From Bacteroidota bacterium (GTDB lineage: Bacteria > Bacteroidota > Bacteroidia > Bacteroidales > JAIOZK01), in NCBI GenBank assembly GCA_034521425.1, contig JAXHMP010000001.1, positions 2,779,182 through 2,843,181 on the forward strand: a DNA stretch of 64,000 nt, given 5' to 3'. Positions 17,935-27,627 of the stretch are shown here, one piece after another. The position numbers and the translations under genes are program-made. Numbering within the stretch: the first letter of the stretch is position 1; each line of letters starts with the position of its first letter. The notes below the pieces were generated by a model. It saw only the letters and a program-made list of their open reading frames with translations. It did not search any database and was not told the origin of the DNA.

Positions 17935-19560
17935 CCGCATTTTTTTGGGACACCCTCTGAAACCCTTGTTAATATTGGATTTTATATTTAACTTGGGTGT
18001 CCCAAAATGTCGCTCATGTTTATTCGCAAGAAACCCAATCCTTCGGGAAGCACTTCTGTACAATTGATTCAGAAGATCAAGGGCAAGTATAAGGTGGTAA
18101 AAACGATCGGTTGCGCCACTACGTTGCGCGAAATTGAAACATTGGAACACATTGCTCGTCAGGATATTGAGTTACTGACTGCCCAGACTGAACTTTTTTA
18201 TAGCAAAGAGGATACGCTGATCGAAAATCTTGTTGCCTCGATCAGTAATGATGACATCCAAACCCTGGGCCCGGAACTCGTGTTCGGTAGGATTTATGAT
18301 AGTATTGGGTTTGATGCCATCAAGGAAGAAATGTTTCGTCACCTGGTCATAGCAAGATTGGCCTATCCTTTGAGCAAACTGAAAACCGTTGATTACTTGT
18401 ATCGTTATCAGCGGGTTTTATTGGATAGTGATGCTATATATCGCTTCCTGGACAAATTGAGCAGTAAGTTAAAGCCACAGATAGAGCAGATCGCCTTCAA
18501 GAACACGATGAAAGTTCTTCGGGGAAAAGTCAATATTGTTTTTTACGATATGACAACGCTTTACTTTGAGGCCAGTGATGAAGATGATTTGCGAAAAACG
18601 GGCTTCAGCAAGGACGGCAAGCATCAAAACCCACAAGTTTTCATTGGTCTTTTGGTAGGACTGAATGGATACCCGATTGGGTACGACATTTTTAAAGGAA
18701 ACACATTTGAAGGACACACCCTGATCCCATTCATTGAGAAGATGGCTAAGAAGTTCAACCTGGGAAAACCAGTGGTTGTGGCAGATGCTGGGTTGTTATC
18801 AAAAAGCAATATTGAGGCATTAGAGAACAAGGGATACGAGTACATTCTTGGTGCCAGGTTAAAAAACGAAACGGATCAACTTAAACTACAAATTCTTGAA
18901 TCGAAATTTGAAGACGCAACGATTCAAAGCTTCAAGCGAAAGGATAAATCAAGACTCATTGTTCATTACGCTTCAAGCAGAGCAAAAAAGGATGAGTATA
19001 ACCGCAAAAGAGGCCTGCGACGCTTAGAAAAGCGAATAAAAGCAGGCAGGTTGACCAAATCCAGTATTAACAACAGGGGCTACAATAAATATTTAAAACT
19101 GAGTGGCGAAGTAAGTATTGAAATTGACTACGACAAATTTGAAAAGGACGATCAATGGGACGGTCTGAAGGGTTATATCTCCAACACGAAAATGACAAAT
19201 CAACAAGTATTAGACAATTATAAACATCTTTGGCAAATCGAGAAAGCCTTCCGCATGTCAAAAACAGATTTGAGAATACGACCTGTTTACCACAGATTGC
19301 AAAATAGAATCGAAGCCCATATTTGCATTGTGTTTACAGCATACAGTATTTACAAGGAGCTTGAGAGGGCTTTGTATGAAGCAAATTCAACACTTTCCTT
19401 AAAGAAAGCAGCTGAGATAACACATAGGATTTATCAGATCACCTATACTTTACCGAGCGCTAAGCAAAGGAAATCCAGGTTGCTGAAAATGGACAAAAGC
19501 CAGGCGGAGTTGGTCAGAATCATCAACGAAAAATTTTAGGGTGTCCCAAAGCGGTATAAA
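17935..19560 (+). mobile_element. IS1634-family insertion sequence
   Basis: Terminal inverted repeat ccgcatttttttgggacaccct (17935-17956) versus agggtgtcccaaagcgg (19538-19554). One 510-aa transposase ORF. Long flanking direct repeats are a known trait of IS1634. Confidence 0.8.
18007..19539 (+). CDS. IS1634-family (IS4-related DDE) transposase
   Basis: Intact 510 aa. The N-terminus MFIRKKPNPSGSTSVQLIQKIKGKYKVVKTIG is characteristic of the family. Also has ..VVADAGLLS.. and ..YKHLWQIEKAFRMSKTDL..RPVYH. Confidence 0.85.
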   Translation: MSLMFIRKKPNPSGSTSVQLIQKIKGKYKVVKTIGCATTLREIETLEHIARQDIELLTAQTELFYSKEDTLIENLVASISNDDIQTLGPELVFGRIYDSIGFDAIKEEMFRHLVIARLAYPLSKLKTVDYLYRYQRVLLDSDAIYRFLDKLSSKLKPQIEQIAFKNTMKVLRGKVNIVFYDMTTLYFEASDEDDLRKTGFSKDGKHQNPQVFIGLLVGLNGYPIGYDIFKGNTFEGHTLIPFIEKMAKKFNLGKPVVVADAGLLSKSNIEALENKGYEYILGARLKNETDQLKLQILESKFEDATIQSFKRKDKSRLIVHYASSRAKKDEYNRKRGLRRLEKRIKAGRLTKSSINNRGYNKYLKLSGEVSIEIDYDKFEKDDQWDGLKGYISNTKMTNQQVLDNYKHLWQIEKAFRMSKTDLRIRPVYHRLQNRIEAHICIVFTAYSIYKELERALYEANSTLSLKKAAEITHRIYQITYTLPSAKQRKSRLLKMDKSQAELVRIINEKF

Positions 19561-19643
19561 GTGGACAAAAAACTATAGTCCTTTTGCCAAAATAGACTAA
19601 AATATTTGGAATGAGTATACCCGATACCATATATTTATTTCGC
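19561..19643. repeat. Right copy of the IS-flanking direct repeat
   Basis: See 17853-17934. Confidence 0.8.
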
Positions 19644-20245
19644 TTAATACATGTAGATAACCTTGAATACGTTCTAACCAAAGGGTTTTTAACGTGTCCC
19701 AATCATCATGCAAGGGATGAAAATTATATTAATATCGGTGATCAAACATTAATTGAAAGTCGAAATAAAAAGCAAATACCTGTTGAGCCCAGCGGATACT
19801 TTCATAACTATGTTGCGTTTTATTTTGGAGTCAGGCCACCAATGCTGTACGAAATACAAAAAGGTTTAACAAGGTTCTTAAACGACATCCCGGTGAAATC
19901 ATTTATCTGGTAACAACCTTTGATGCAGTGAAAGATGCCGGATTATCATATGTTTTTACGGATGGTCATGCTTATGATAATTTTACCCGGTTTTTTAATC
20001 ATGAAAGCGAGCTAAAACATGTAGACTGGAATGCGGTTAAGCTTAAAAGATGGAATGAAACAGAAGAAGATCCTGACCGTAAACGCAGGAAGCAGGCTGA
20101 ATTGTTGATTTATAATGAATTACCGTTAGAGATTATTAAGGCTTTTATCGCTTATGATGATACGGCTAAGAATAAAATTTTAAGTATCTTTGAAAAATAC
20201 ACTTTTAAATGTCACGTACTTGTAAAGCCACAATGGTATTACTGA
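19611..20245 (+). pseudogene. darT: DarT-like (DUF4433) ssDNA ADP-ribosyltransferase toxin, frameshifted
   Basis: YLFRLIHVDNLEYVLTKG..NIGDQTLIESR..YVAFYFGVRPPMLYEI and ..FTDGHAY..KRRKQAELLIY lie in two frames (break near 19900). The IS is inserted at its 5' end. Confidence 0.75.
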
Positions 20246-20246
20246 A

Positions 20247-21278
20247 ATGATTGAATTCAGAAAAGGAAACATAGTAAAAGCTGATGCCGAAGCCCTTGTT
20301 AATACAGAAATACTTTAGGTATTATGGGTAAGGTATTGCATTAGCATTTAAAAAGGCTTTTCCGGAAAATTATAAGCGTTACAAAGTAGCCTGTGACAAC
20401 AAAGAATTTACTATTGGAGAAATCCTCATTACGGAAACCGGAAGAATTACACCGAAATACATCATCAATTTTCCAACGAAAGCCCATTGGAAAGAAAAGT
20501 CGAAATTAGCGTATATCGAAAAGGGAATGAAAAGACTGGTGCAGGTGATTCAGGATTATGAAATCCAGTCAATAGCCATACCCCCTTTGGGATGCGGCAA
20601 TGGCAGATTAAACTGGGCAGGATGTCAAAAAAGTGATGCTTAGCGAGCTGGAGCGCTTACAGGAAAATATAGATATCATTATTTTTGAACCCGGATATAA
20701 TGACCAGACCACCGAAACCCAAAAAACCAATAACCTCACCCCGGCACGCGCGATGACTAACAGCTTTAAAGATTATCAGGTCTTAGGATATAGCATCAAT
20801 TTGCTGGTTGCTCAAAAGTTGGCCTACTTCATGCAACGCTTAGGAGAACCCTTAAGTCTGGAATATGAGAAAGGGATTAATGCCCGTATTCGCATCGCTT
20901 ACAGCATCTGCTCAAATATTTAAATGGCTCTTTTTGCAATTTCGGAACGAACAAACAAAACCCGGAACAAAAGTAACTCAATTATACGGAACAAGCCATC
21001 CATTATACACAAAACCAATTGAGCACTGAACAACAAAACCGGCTTGAAGAATTAAAGCAACTCACAGAAGGCTTTGAGTCACCCTATGGATTATAGAACT
21101 CTGGCAACGGTAGACTTTATCTACCAAAAAACAGGCATGATTGATAAGGACAAAGTTTCACAGGAAATTGGAAATGACCCACAGAAAAAGAGAATTAATG
21201 AAACCCTACCATATTGAAGTAGCCATTAATAGACTCATGGAATTTTACCAGCGCAAGCAGCTAACCCATACAGCATAA
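20247..21278 (+). pseudogene. darG: DarG-like macrodomain antitoxin, multiple frameshifts/stops
   Basis: MIEFRKGNIVKADAEALVNT..GIALAFKKAFPENY..IAIPPLGCGNGRLNW is a macro domain. The C-terminal DarT-binding part is fragmented. Confidence 0.7.
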
Positions 21279-21443
21279 TGGTTTATTGGTGATTCGCTGA
21301 TCAGTGAATAGTAGGAAGTAGTTAGTAAATAGTAGATAATAAGCAGAGTAATCCGAATTATTGCGAATGGTTTGTTCTTGTTTAGTGTTCCTTGGTGCTG
21401 ATTAGACCAAACACAGAATAAAAAACACAAAACAAAAACAAAA

Positions 21444-21788
21444 ATGACCACCTGGAAAACCTTTGAAGAAATCGAATGCTGGCAACTAGCCAGGAGCTTC
21501 TGTACAGAGATATATAAAAATATCACGCAGTATAAAGGCTTGAATACTGACTATGCATTAAAAAGATCAAATCGAATCGGTCCTCTGGTAGCATCATGGA
21601 TAACATCGCAGAAGGATACGGATGGAGGCGGCACCAAAGAATTATTAGCATCCAGCATAGCAAAAGGCAGCGCAAGCGAATCTCGTTCTCAACTATACAG
21701 GGTTCTTGACCGGCAATACATTGATCAAGAGAAACATCAAGAACTACAGGAAAAAACACGCGAACTAATTAACAAAATCGTGGACTGA
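21444..21788 (+). pseudogene. Four-helix-bundle (23S rRNA IVS protein family) gene, frameshifted
   Basis: TFEEIECWQLARSFCTEIYK.. and ..KGSASESRSQLYRVLDRQYIDQE.. The middle segment (expected ..SIMDNIAEGY..) is out of frame. Flanked by GTTTGTT/AACAAAC arrays. Confidence 0.7.
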
Positions 21789-21880
21789 TTAGCTATCTTG
21801 GAAATCTGGTATAAAAGGAACCAAATACAAATAGATTCTGTTTGTTGTTCGGTGTTTCAGTGTTTGGTGTGGCGGTAGGC

Positions 21881-22106
21881 AACAACAAACAACAAACAAA
21901 AAACAAACAAACAAAACTACAACAAACAAACAAACAGAAACAAACAAACCAAACCAAACAAACAACAAACAACAAACAACAAACAAACAAACAAACAAAC
22001 AACAAACAACAAACAAACAAACAAACAAACAAACAAACAACAAACAAACAAACAAACAAACAAACAAACAAACAAACAAACAAACAAACAAACAAACAAC
22101 AAACAA
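21881..22106. repeat. AACAAAC heptamer STR (~225 bp)
   Basis: The longest array of a heptamer that recurs in dozens of spacers. It creates spurious 100-aa ORFs on both strands. Confidence 0.95.
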
Positions 22107-22188
22107 ATGTCCAATCACGGCATATCCCAAATACTCTTATCAACTGATCATTGAAACATTAAGCAATGAGGAGCAGATACTCCAGGCA

Positions 22189-22461
22189 GTGCTATATGGT
22201 TCACGGGCTATTGGAAACGCCAGAAAAGGTTCGGATATCGACATTGCTATCAAGGCATCTACCATCAGTTATGAACTGATCAATACCCTGAGTACAAAGC
22301 TTAACCAGGAACTTCCTATACCCTATCATGTAGATGTGCAGCATTACGATACCATAAAAAATGAAGCATTGAAAAAACACATTGATGATTACGGTCAGAT
22401 TATTTACCAAAAACAACAAACACCAAACAACCAACACAAAACAACAAACACCAAACACTAA
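22189..22461 (+). CDS. MNT-type nucleotidyltransferase (minimal NTase) with STR-derived C-terminal tail
   Basis: LYGSRAIGNARKGSDIDIAI motif. The true start is probably further upstream, near 22130 at the STR edge. The last ~17 codons (QKQQTPNNQHKTTNTKH) are AACAAAC-type repeat. Confidence 0.7.
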   Translation: MLYGSRAIGNARKGSDIDIAIKASTISYELINTLSTKLNQELPIPYHVDVQHYDTIKNEALKKHIDDYGQIIYQKQQTPNNQHKTTNTKH

Positions 22462-22470
22462 AACAAAGAA

Positions 22471-22881
22471 ATGAACAGCAAAGAAATCCGCTGGAAACAA
22501 CGTTTTGATAACTTCAATAAGGCATATCTCAAATTAAAAGAAGCCATTGAAGATTTTGAAAATCTTGATCTCTTATCCAAAGAAGGATTGATCCAGCGTT
22601 TTGAATATTCCTATGAGCTGGCCTGGAAAACATTAAAGGACTTTCTTGAAAGCAGGCAGGTAGAAACAGGATTCCCCAGGGATGTCATTAAACAGGCCTT
22701 TGCATATGATATTATCGATGATGGGGAAATTTGGCTGAACATGCATAATCAGCGAAATTTATTAAGCCATACCTACGACGAAGAAAACTTTCACAAGGCC
22801 CTGGAATTAATCCGAAAACAGTATTACGAACAACTGAGTAAACTTCATCATTATTTGCAACTGCAAGTAGATAATGATTAG
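22471..22881 (+). CDS. HEPN nucleotidyltransferase-substrate-binding protein (HI0074 family)
   Basis: RWKQRFDNFNKAY..RFEYSYELAWKTLKDFL..RNLLSHTYDEE (HEPN R-x4-H). Intact, 136 aa. Confidence 0.8.
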   Translation: MNSKEIRWKQRFDNFNKAYLKLKEAIEDFENLDLLSKEGLIQRFEYSYELAWKTLKDFLESRQVETGFPRDVIKQAFAYDIIDDGEIWLNMHNQRNLLSHTYDEENFHKALELIRKQYYEQLSKLHHYLQLQVDND

Positions 22882-23002
22882 TTTTTTGTTCAGTACTTCG
22901 ACAAGCTAGTTAAACTGTTCGGTGTTCAGTGTTCCAGTACTTCGACGGGCTGAGTCTAATTTTTAATTAATTTTACCTAAGTATTAGCAAAAGGCGAAAT
23001 CT

Positions 23003-23446
23003 ATGATTTAGCTTTAAAAAATTCAAATTCATTAAAACGGCTCTAACTGCATTATTCATAAAATAGCTTAATGTACTCAAATAATGCAGGTTAACCCCGG
23101 CTTAAAAAGCTTGCAATTTGAAAACGAAGTGCATCAAATTGGTAGCTTTCTCAGTCGTGGATGAATTCAGCGTTTCACCTTTTAGGCTTATGAATTATCC
23201 GGGTTAAAAACCTGGCACCGAATCTGAAGTTTACATTTTTGGTTCCAGGGCAGATGATCAAGCCAAAGGGGGAGATATCGACATATTGTGGCTGACAAAA
23301 GAAAAGATACCACAACAAAATACCAGAAAATTTAAAGTTGAGTTTTACAAGAATTTCGGATGGCAAAAAATAGATATCGTAAACTTCACTTTTAAGCAGA
23401 AAACACTTTCAAAGATATAGCCTTAAGCCAGGCAGTGGAATTATGA
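23003..23446 (+). pseudogene. MNT nucleotidyltransferase, disrupted by a ~150-bp insertion near its 5' end
   Basis: Same gene as 13795-14081 (..VYIFGSRADDQAKGGDIDILWLTKEK..), but the 5' part is interrupted. Confidence 0.65.
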
Positions 23447-23898
23447 ATACAAATAACAGCAATCATATAGAATTACTTGCAGATAATTGGGAATTGCTGC
23501 AAACAGCTTGAAAACCTTGAAGAGATCCGTCGAAAAAGCGCAATCAATTGGTCAAAAGGAAGAATACACATTTGAAGAAATGGAAGCCTTTGATTCACTG
23601 ACATCAAAATTTAGCCGAAGCTCCGATATTTTTCTGCAGAAAATTATGCGAACGCTGTGGGAGCTTTTACATGAAGATAGAATGCCCCTGATCGATATGC
23701 TCAACAAAGCCGAAAAGCTGCACATAATTCACTCGGCAGATGCTTTGCTGGAAGTTCGTGATATACGACAGGATCTACCATGAATAGTCCCTGAAGCTAT
23801 ACAGGAGCTATCCCGGATGTTATAATGCTAACGGAAAGACTCGAAGAAAATATCAATACATGCCGTGAATTCCTGTTGGCTCGCAACTGGATAAATTA
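23443..23898 (+). pseudogene. HEPN-like partner, frameshifted (full-length version of the 14079-14199 remnant)
   Basis: ..EEMEAFDSLTSKFSRSSDIFLQKIMRTLW.. with frame breaks near 23487 and 23783. Ends ..ARNWIN*. Confidence 0.6.
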
Positions 23899-23920
23899 AT
23901 TGTTTGGTACTTCGGCAAAA

Positions 23921-24036
23921 CATTTACCCTGTTTACCCCGCCTGTCCCGTGAAACCTCTTCTTGTTTCACTGGGATTGATTCTCTTCACAATCAACCGGG
24001 GTAAAATCACGAAGTGAATATTCCATCAGGGACAAA
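23921..24036. repeat. Structured ~120-bp repeat, copy d
   Basis: Same element as 12291-12400. Confidence 0.8.
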
Positions 24037-24391
24037 CAACAAACAACAAACAACAAACATTTTTACAAGTGAACATAAAAACTTACAGAAAACACTCGAA
24101 CTAATCAACAAAATCGGAGGATTAATAGCCTATCTGAAGAAATCAAACTACAAAGGAACAAAGTTCAAATAAAACACTGAACAACAATCACCCCGTTGAA
24201 ATATGCTCGTACCTCGCATTTCACGGGGTAAACCAAACAACAAACAACAAACAACGAACAACAAACAATTTATCCTGAGCCTGCCGAAGGGCCTGTCCTG
24301 AGCTTGCCGAAGGGCTCATGATAAATCTTGCCGAAGTAACAAAAAAATTAGATCAATTAGATTAATTCGATGATAAAAATTAGTTGAATTA

Positions 24392-24570
24392 GTAAGCCGA
24401 TGAATAAGATGTCCCGGAATTGTTAAATGCATACCAAAAAAACTTCACCGCAATAAATGCGCCTTTGGAAAGTCCGGATTGTGCGGATTGAGTTGTTGTT
24501 TGGGGAGGAGAGTATTGGGGAGAGTATGAGAATGGCGTTGGAGTATATTTTGCCGCGGGTGACTTATTAA
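24392..24570 (+). pseudogene. cysC: Orphan, diverged 3' end of an APS kinase gene
   Basis: Reads ..DVPELLNAYQKNFTAINAPLESPDCAD(fs)ELLFGEESIGESMRMALEYILPRVTY*. Intact cysC reads ..[52 protein letters not shown]. About 60% of residues are identical by eye. Confidence 0.8.
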
Positions 24571-24574
24571 TTAC

Positions 24575-25240
24575 CATATTAGGAAGAAAATCATTGCACT
24601 TCTACCAATGAAAGGACACTCTGAGCGGGTTCCAAATAAAAACCTGAAATTGTTTCATAATAAACCTCTGTATCATCATATTTTGGAAAGTTTGATAAGA
24701 TCAAATATATTGTATAGATCTGCTATCAATACAGATAGTAGAGAAATTAAGGAAGATGTTAAAAAGAATTTCGACAAAAATCGAGTTATATTAATCGATA
24801 GACCTGAAACCATCAGAGGTGACTTTGTCTTAATGAGAAAATAATTCAGTATGATTTAGTATTTTGAATCAGTGCACCTACTTTCTTCAAACACATAGTA
24901 CTAATCCTCTATTAAAAACTGAAACTATTGATAAGGCCATAGAGAAATATTTTAGGTAACTAAAAGTCAAGAGTTTGACTCCCTGTTCAGTGTGACTAAA
25001 TATCAAACCCGGTTTTATAATGAGTCCGGGAAATCCTGTTAACCATAATCCTGATGAATTAATTCATAGGAATTTGCCACTATTATTTGAAATAAAATTC
25101 TAATTTTTATATTTTTTCACAACAATCTTTCAGGGATAACGGAATCGCAGAATAGGCAAAAAGCCTATCTGTTTGCAATAGACAAAATGGAATCAACTGA
25201 TATTGACGAACCTGATGATTTCTTAATTGCAGAAAACGAT
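24575..25240 (+). pseudogene. Acylneuraminate cytidylyltransferase-family protein, decayed
   Basis: ..IIALLPMKGHSERVPNKNLK.. and ..THSTNPLLKTETIDKAIEKY.., ..MESTDIDEPDDF.. lie in different frames. Confidence 0.6.
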
Positions 25241-25246
25241 ATTCAA

Positions 25247-26006
25247 ATGACTAGCCTAAAAGAAAAACTTAAAAATAATGAACTTACCATTGGTTCCTGG
25301 TTGACAATTGGTCACCATTCTATTGTTGAAATTATGGGTGCCAGCAGGTTTTGAATGGTTAACCATTGATATGGAGCATAGTGCAATGAGAATTAACGGA
25401 AGCTCAAAATTTAATTGCCCATATCCAGGGTAACGGTTTATGCAGGCACTGGTGCGTGTTGGAAAAAATATGATGGAGTAATAATAAAAAGAGTATTAGA
25501 TGCCGGGGCTGATGGTATACATTGTGCCTGATGGTTAATTCTGCTGAGGAGGCACAAACAAGCAATTCATTTCTCTAAATATCCTCCGGTAGGAAAGCGA
25601 GGCGTTGGACTCGCAGAAGAGAGGTTTATGGAACGAATTTCGAAGGCTATAAAAACAAGCAAAAAAATGAAATCAGAGGTCGTCGCTCAAATAGAGCATA
25701 TCGATGCTGTTAGAAACCTGGAACAAATTCTTACGGTTGATGGGATCGATGGGATAATCGCTCGGTCCATATAGACCTTTACAGGATCAAATGGGTAAAG
25801 CACAGGTAGGTTCGAGGACCAGGACTTTTTAGATGCTATTATCAAAATTAAGGATAAATGTAAGGAAATGAAAAAGCCTTCAGGGGTATCATATTATACC
25901 TCCTGATAATACGGAATTGAACAAGAAAATAAACGATGGTTTTACTTTTCTTGCCTTTAGTCTTGATTTCTTGTTTTTGGGTGACATAAGCAAGAACGGA
26001 AAATGA
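25247..26006 (+). pseudogene. HpcH/HpaI-family aldolase, decayed
   Basis: ..LTIGSWLTIGHHSIVEIMG.., ..AQIEHIDAVRNLEQILTVDGIDGI.. with many frameshifts. Confidence 0.6.
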
Positions 26007-26027
26007 AAAATGTAAAACTCGCAAGAA

Positions 26028-26935
26028 ATGAAAGCAAAGAAAATTATTGTATTTGGTGAGAGCTGGTTTTTTAGGAAGTTATGTCCTGTAAATGAGCTTT
26101 TTCGCAAAAGGTTATGATGTAAAAGCGGCAGATGTATCTATTACACAAGTTATACTGGCGAAGGATCTTTTCATTAAATGTGATATCACCAAAATGGATT
26201 CTGTTAAAAACTCAATACCAGATGACACAGACATTGTTTATAATTTTGCTGGGTTTGCAAATTTGGAAAAAGCCTCCAGGCGATCCCGTTTCAGCAATGA
26301 AACTGAATATTATGGGCAATCTCAATGTCCTTGAAGCATGCAGATTAAAAGGTGTTAAACGTTTTGCTTTTGCCAGCAGCGCATATGCAAAATGAGTAAC
26401 AAAGGTTCGTTTTATGGAATTAGTAAATTGTCATCACGAAAAAACTGTTGAAGAATATGAGAAGAAATATGATACTAACTTATACCATAATTAAGACATG
26501 GCTCAGTGCACAGTGGAAGGAAGTTTGAAAACGATTATATCTATAACCTTACTAGCAAAGCACTCGAAACAGGCGTTATTGAACATGATGGTGATGGTAC
26601 AGAAAGCAGAGAGTGTGTTCATGCGGCAGATGCAGACGAAACTATCAGTAGACATCATCGAAGATGAAAAATTTTACAATCAGCATATTATTTTTAACTG
26701 GCGCGGGAAAAAGTGGAGAAGAGGATAGAGTTGTTTCATATGGTTAATGAAATTCTTGGAAATAAGCTTAAAATAAAACTAAACAAATCTGGATATGAGA
26801 ACGCATTATATGACAACCCCATCTGCATTTGAGCCTCTCAGTTAGTGAAAAGCTCATTAACAAGTCCATACATTGACATGGGGCAGGGGAATATTGGAGT
26901 GTATTAAACAAATAAGCAATGGCAATACGGAATAA
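26028..26935 (+). pseudogene. NAD-dependent epimerase/dehydratase, decayed
   Basis: MKAKKIIVFG..(GxxGxxG region broken), ..NIMGNLNVLEACRLKGVKRFAFASSAYA.. Several frames. Confidence 0.6.
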
Positions 26936-27627
26936 TTGGATTTTCCCTGTCTTACGTGCTTTCAGATGACCTATCTGCTTATGCTAATGGTGATAGGATT
27001 GAAATTAAAATATTGCGGGATCAGAAGAAAAGGAGATACTTCCACAAACGGCGTGATTTTCTTTTCACCTTCCCATTTTGGAACACACATAGATTTTCCG
27101 CAAAACACATTCATTATTGAAGGGAAAAGTATTAATGATTATGAAGCTGAGGATTTTATCTTTAATGAAATAACCATAATAGATATTAGTCACTTAAGCC
27201 CCAAAGATTATCTAATCAAAATAAATGATCTAGAATTTCTTGAGGAATGAGCAATCGCAGGAATTCAGAACTTATAATATTTAAAACGGGGTTTTGTAAT
27301 GATCGTGATAGCGGGGAGATATCGGAAATATGTGGATGGGGATTTGATTTAGGTGTAGCTGAACATTTAAAAAGATTATTTCCAGGCATAAGGGCCGTTG
27401 CTTTTAGTACTCATATCACTTAATTCATTTCAACAAAGAGAAATCGGCAGAAGGGCACACGAAAGAGTTTCTTGAAGAATGCAACATCCTAATTATTGAA
27501 GATGCTGATCTAAGAGCTATTTTATTCAGAAAATACGATTATCAATCAAATAATTGTTGCTCCTTTAAGATTTGATGAAGCAGAAGGTACACCAGTAATT
27601 TTACTAGCCAATATTAACAAATCCTAA
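26936..27627 (+). pseudogene. Putative cyclase-family (kynurenine-formamidase-like) protein, decayed
   Basis: ..SPSHFGTHIDFP.. (HxGTHxDxP-like). Fragmented on both sides. Confidence 0.4.

Larger units (their letters stand above)
3338..24391 (+). mobile_element. ~21-kb cassette island inserted at the cysC 3' end (integrase-less; status uncertain)
   Basis: Bounded on the left by the end of intact cysC and on the right by an orphan, diverged cysC 3' fragment (24392-24570). All cassette genes are on the + strand. AT-richer than the flanking core genes by eye. Confidence 0.45.

Noticed and set aside
17626-18150. 174-aa minus-strand ORF
   Set aside because: It spans an STR/hairpin spacer, the IS-flanking direct repeat and the IS left end, and lies antisense to the transposase start. 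The sequence is low-complexity with no family resemblance.
21789-22147. 100-116-aa ORFs on both strands across the AACAAAC array, and similar ORFs in other STRs (4697-4948, 13552-13746, 15729-15920, 47693-47899, 49963-50250, 56520-56820, 58556-61568 series)
   Set aside because: Pure low-complexity read-through of tandem repeats (CLFV.., QTNK.., LTSHLS.., RQAEH..). Present in several frames and on both strands, with no start or RBS context.
3338-24391. Calling the cassette array a bona fide integron / CALIN
   Set aside because: No intI. I could not identify canonical attC R''/L''/L'/R' organisation or GTTRRRY cores at cassette boundaries by eye. Kept as a hypothesis only; see findings.
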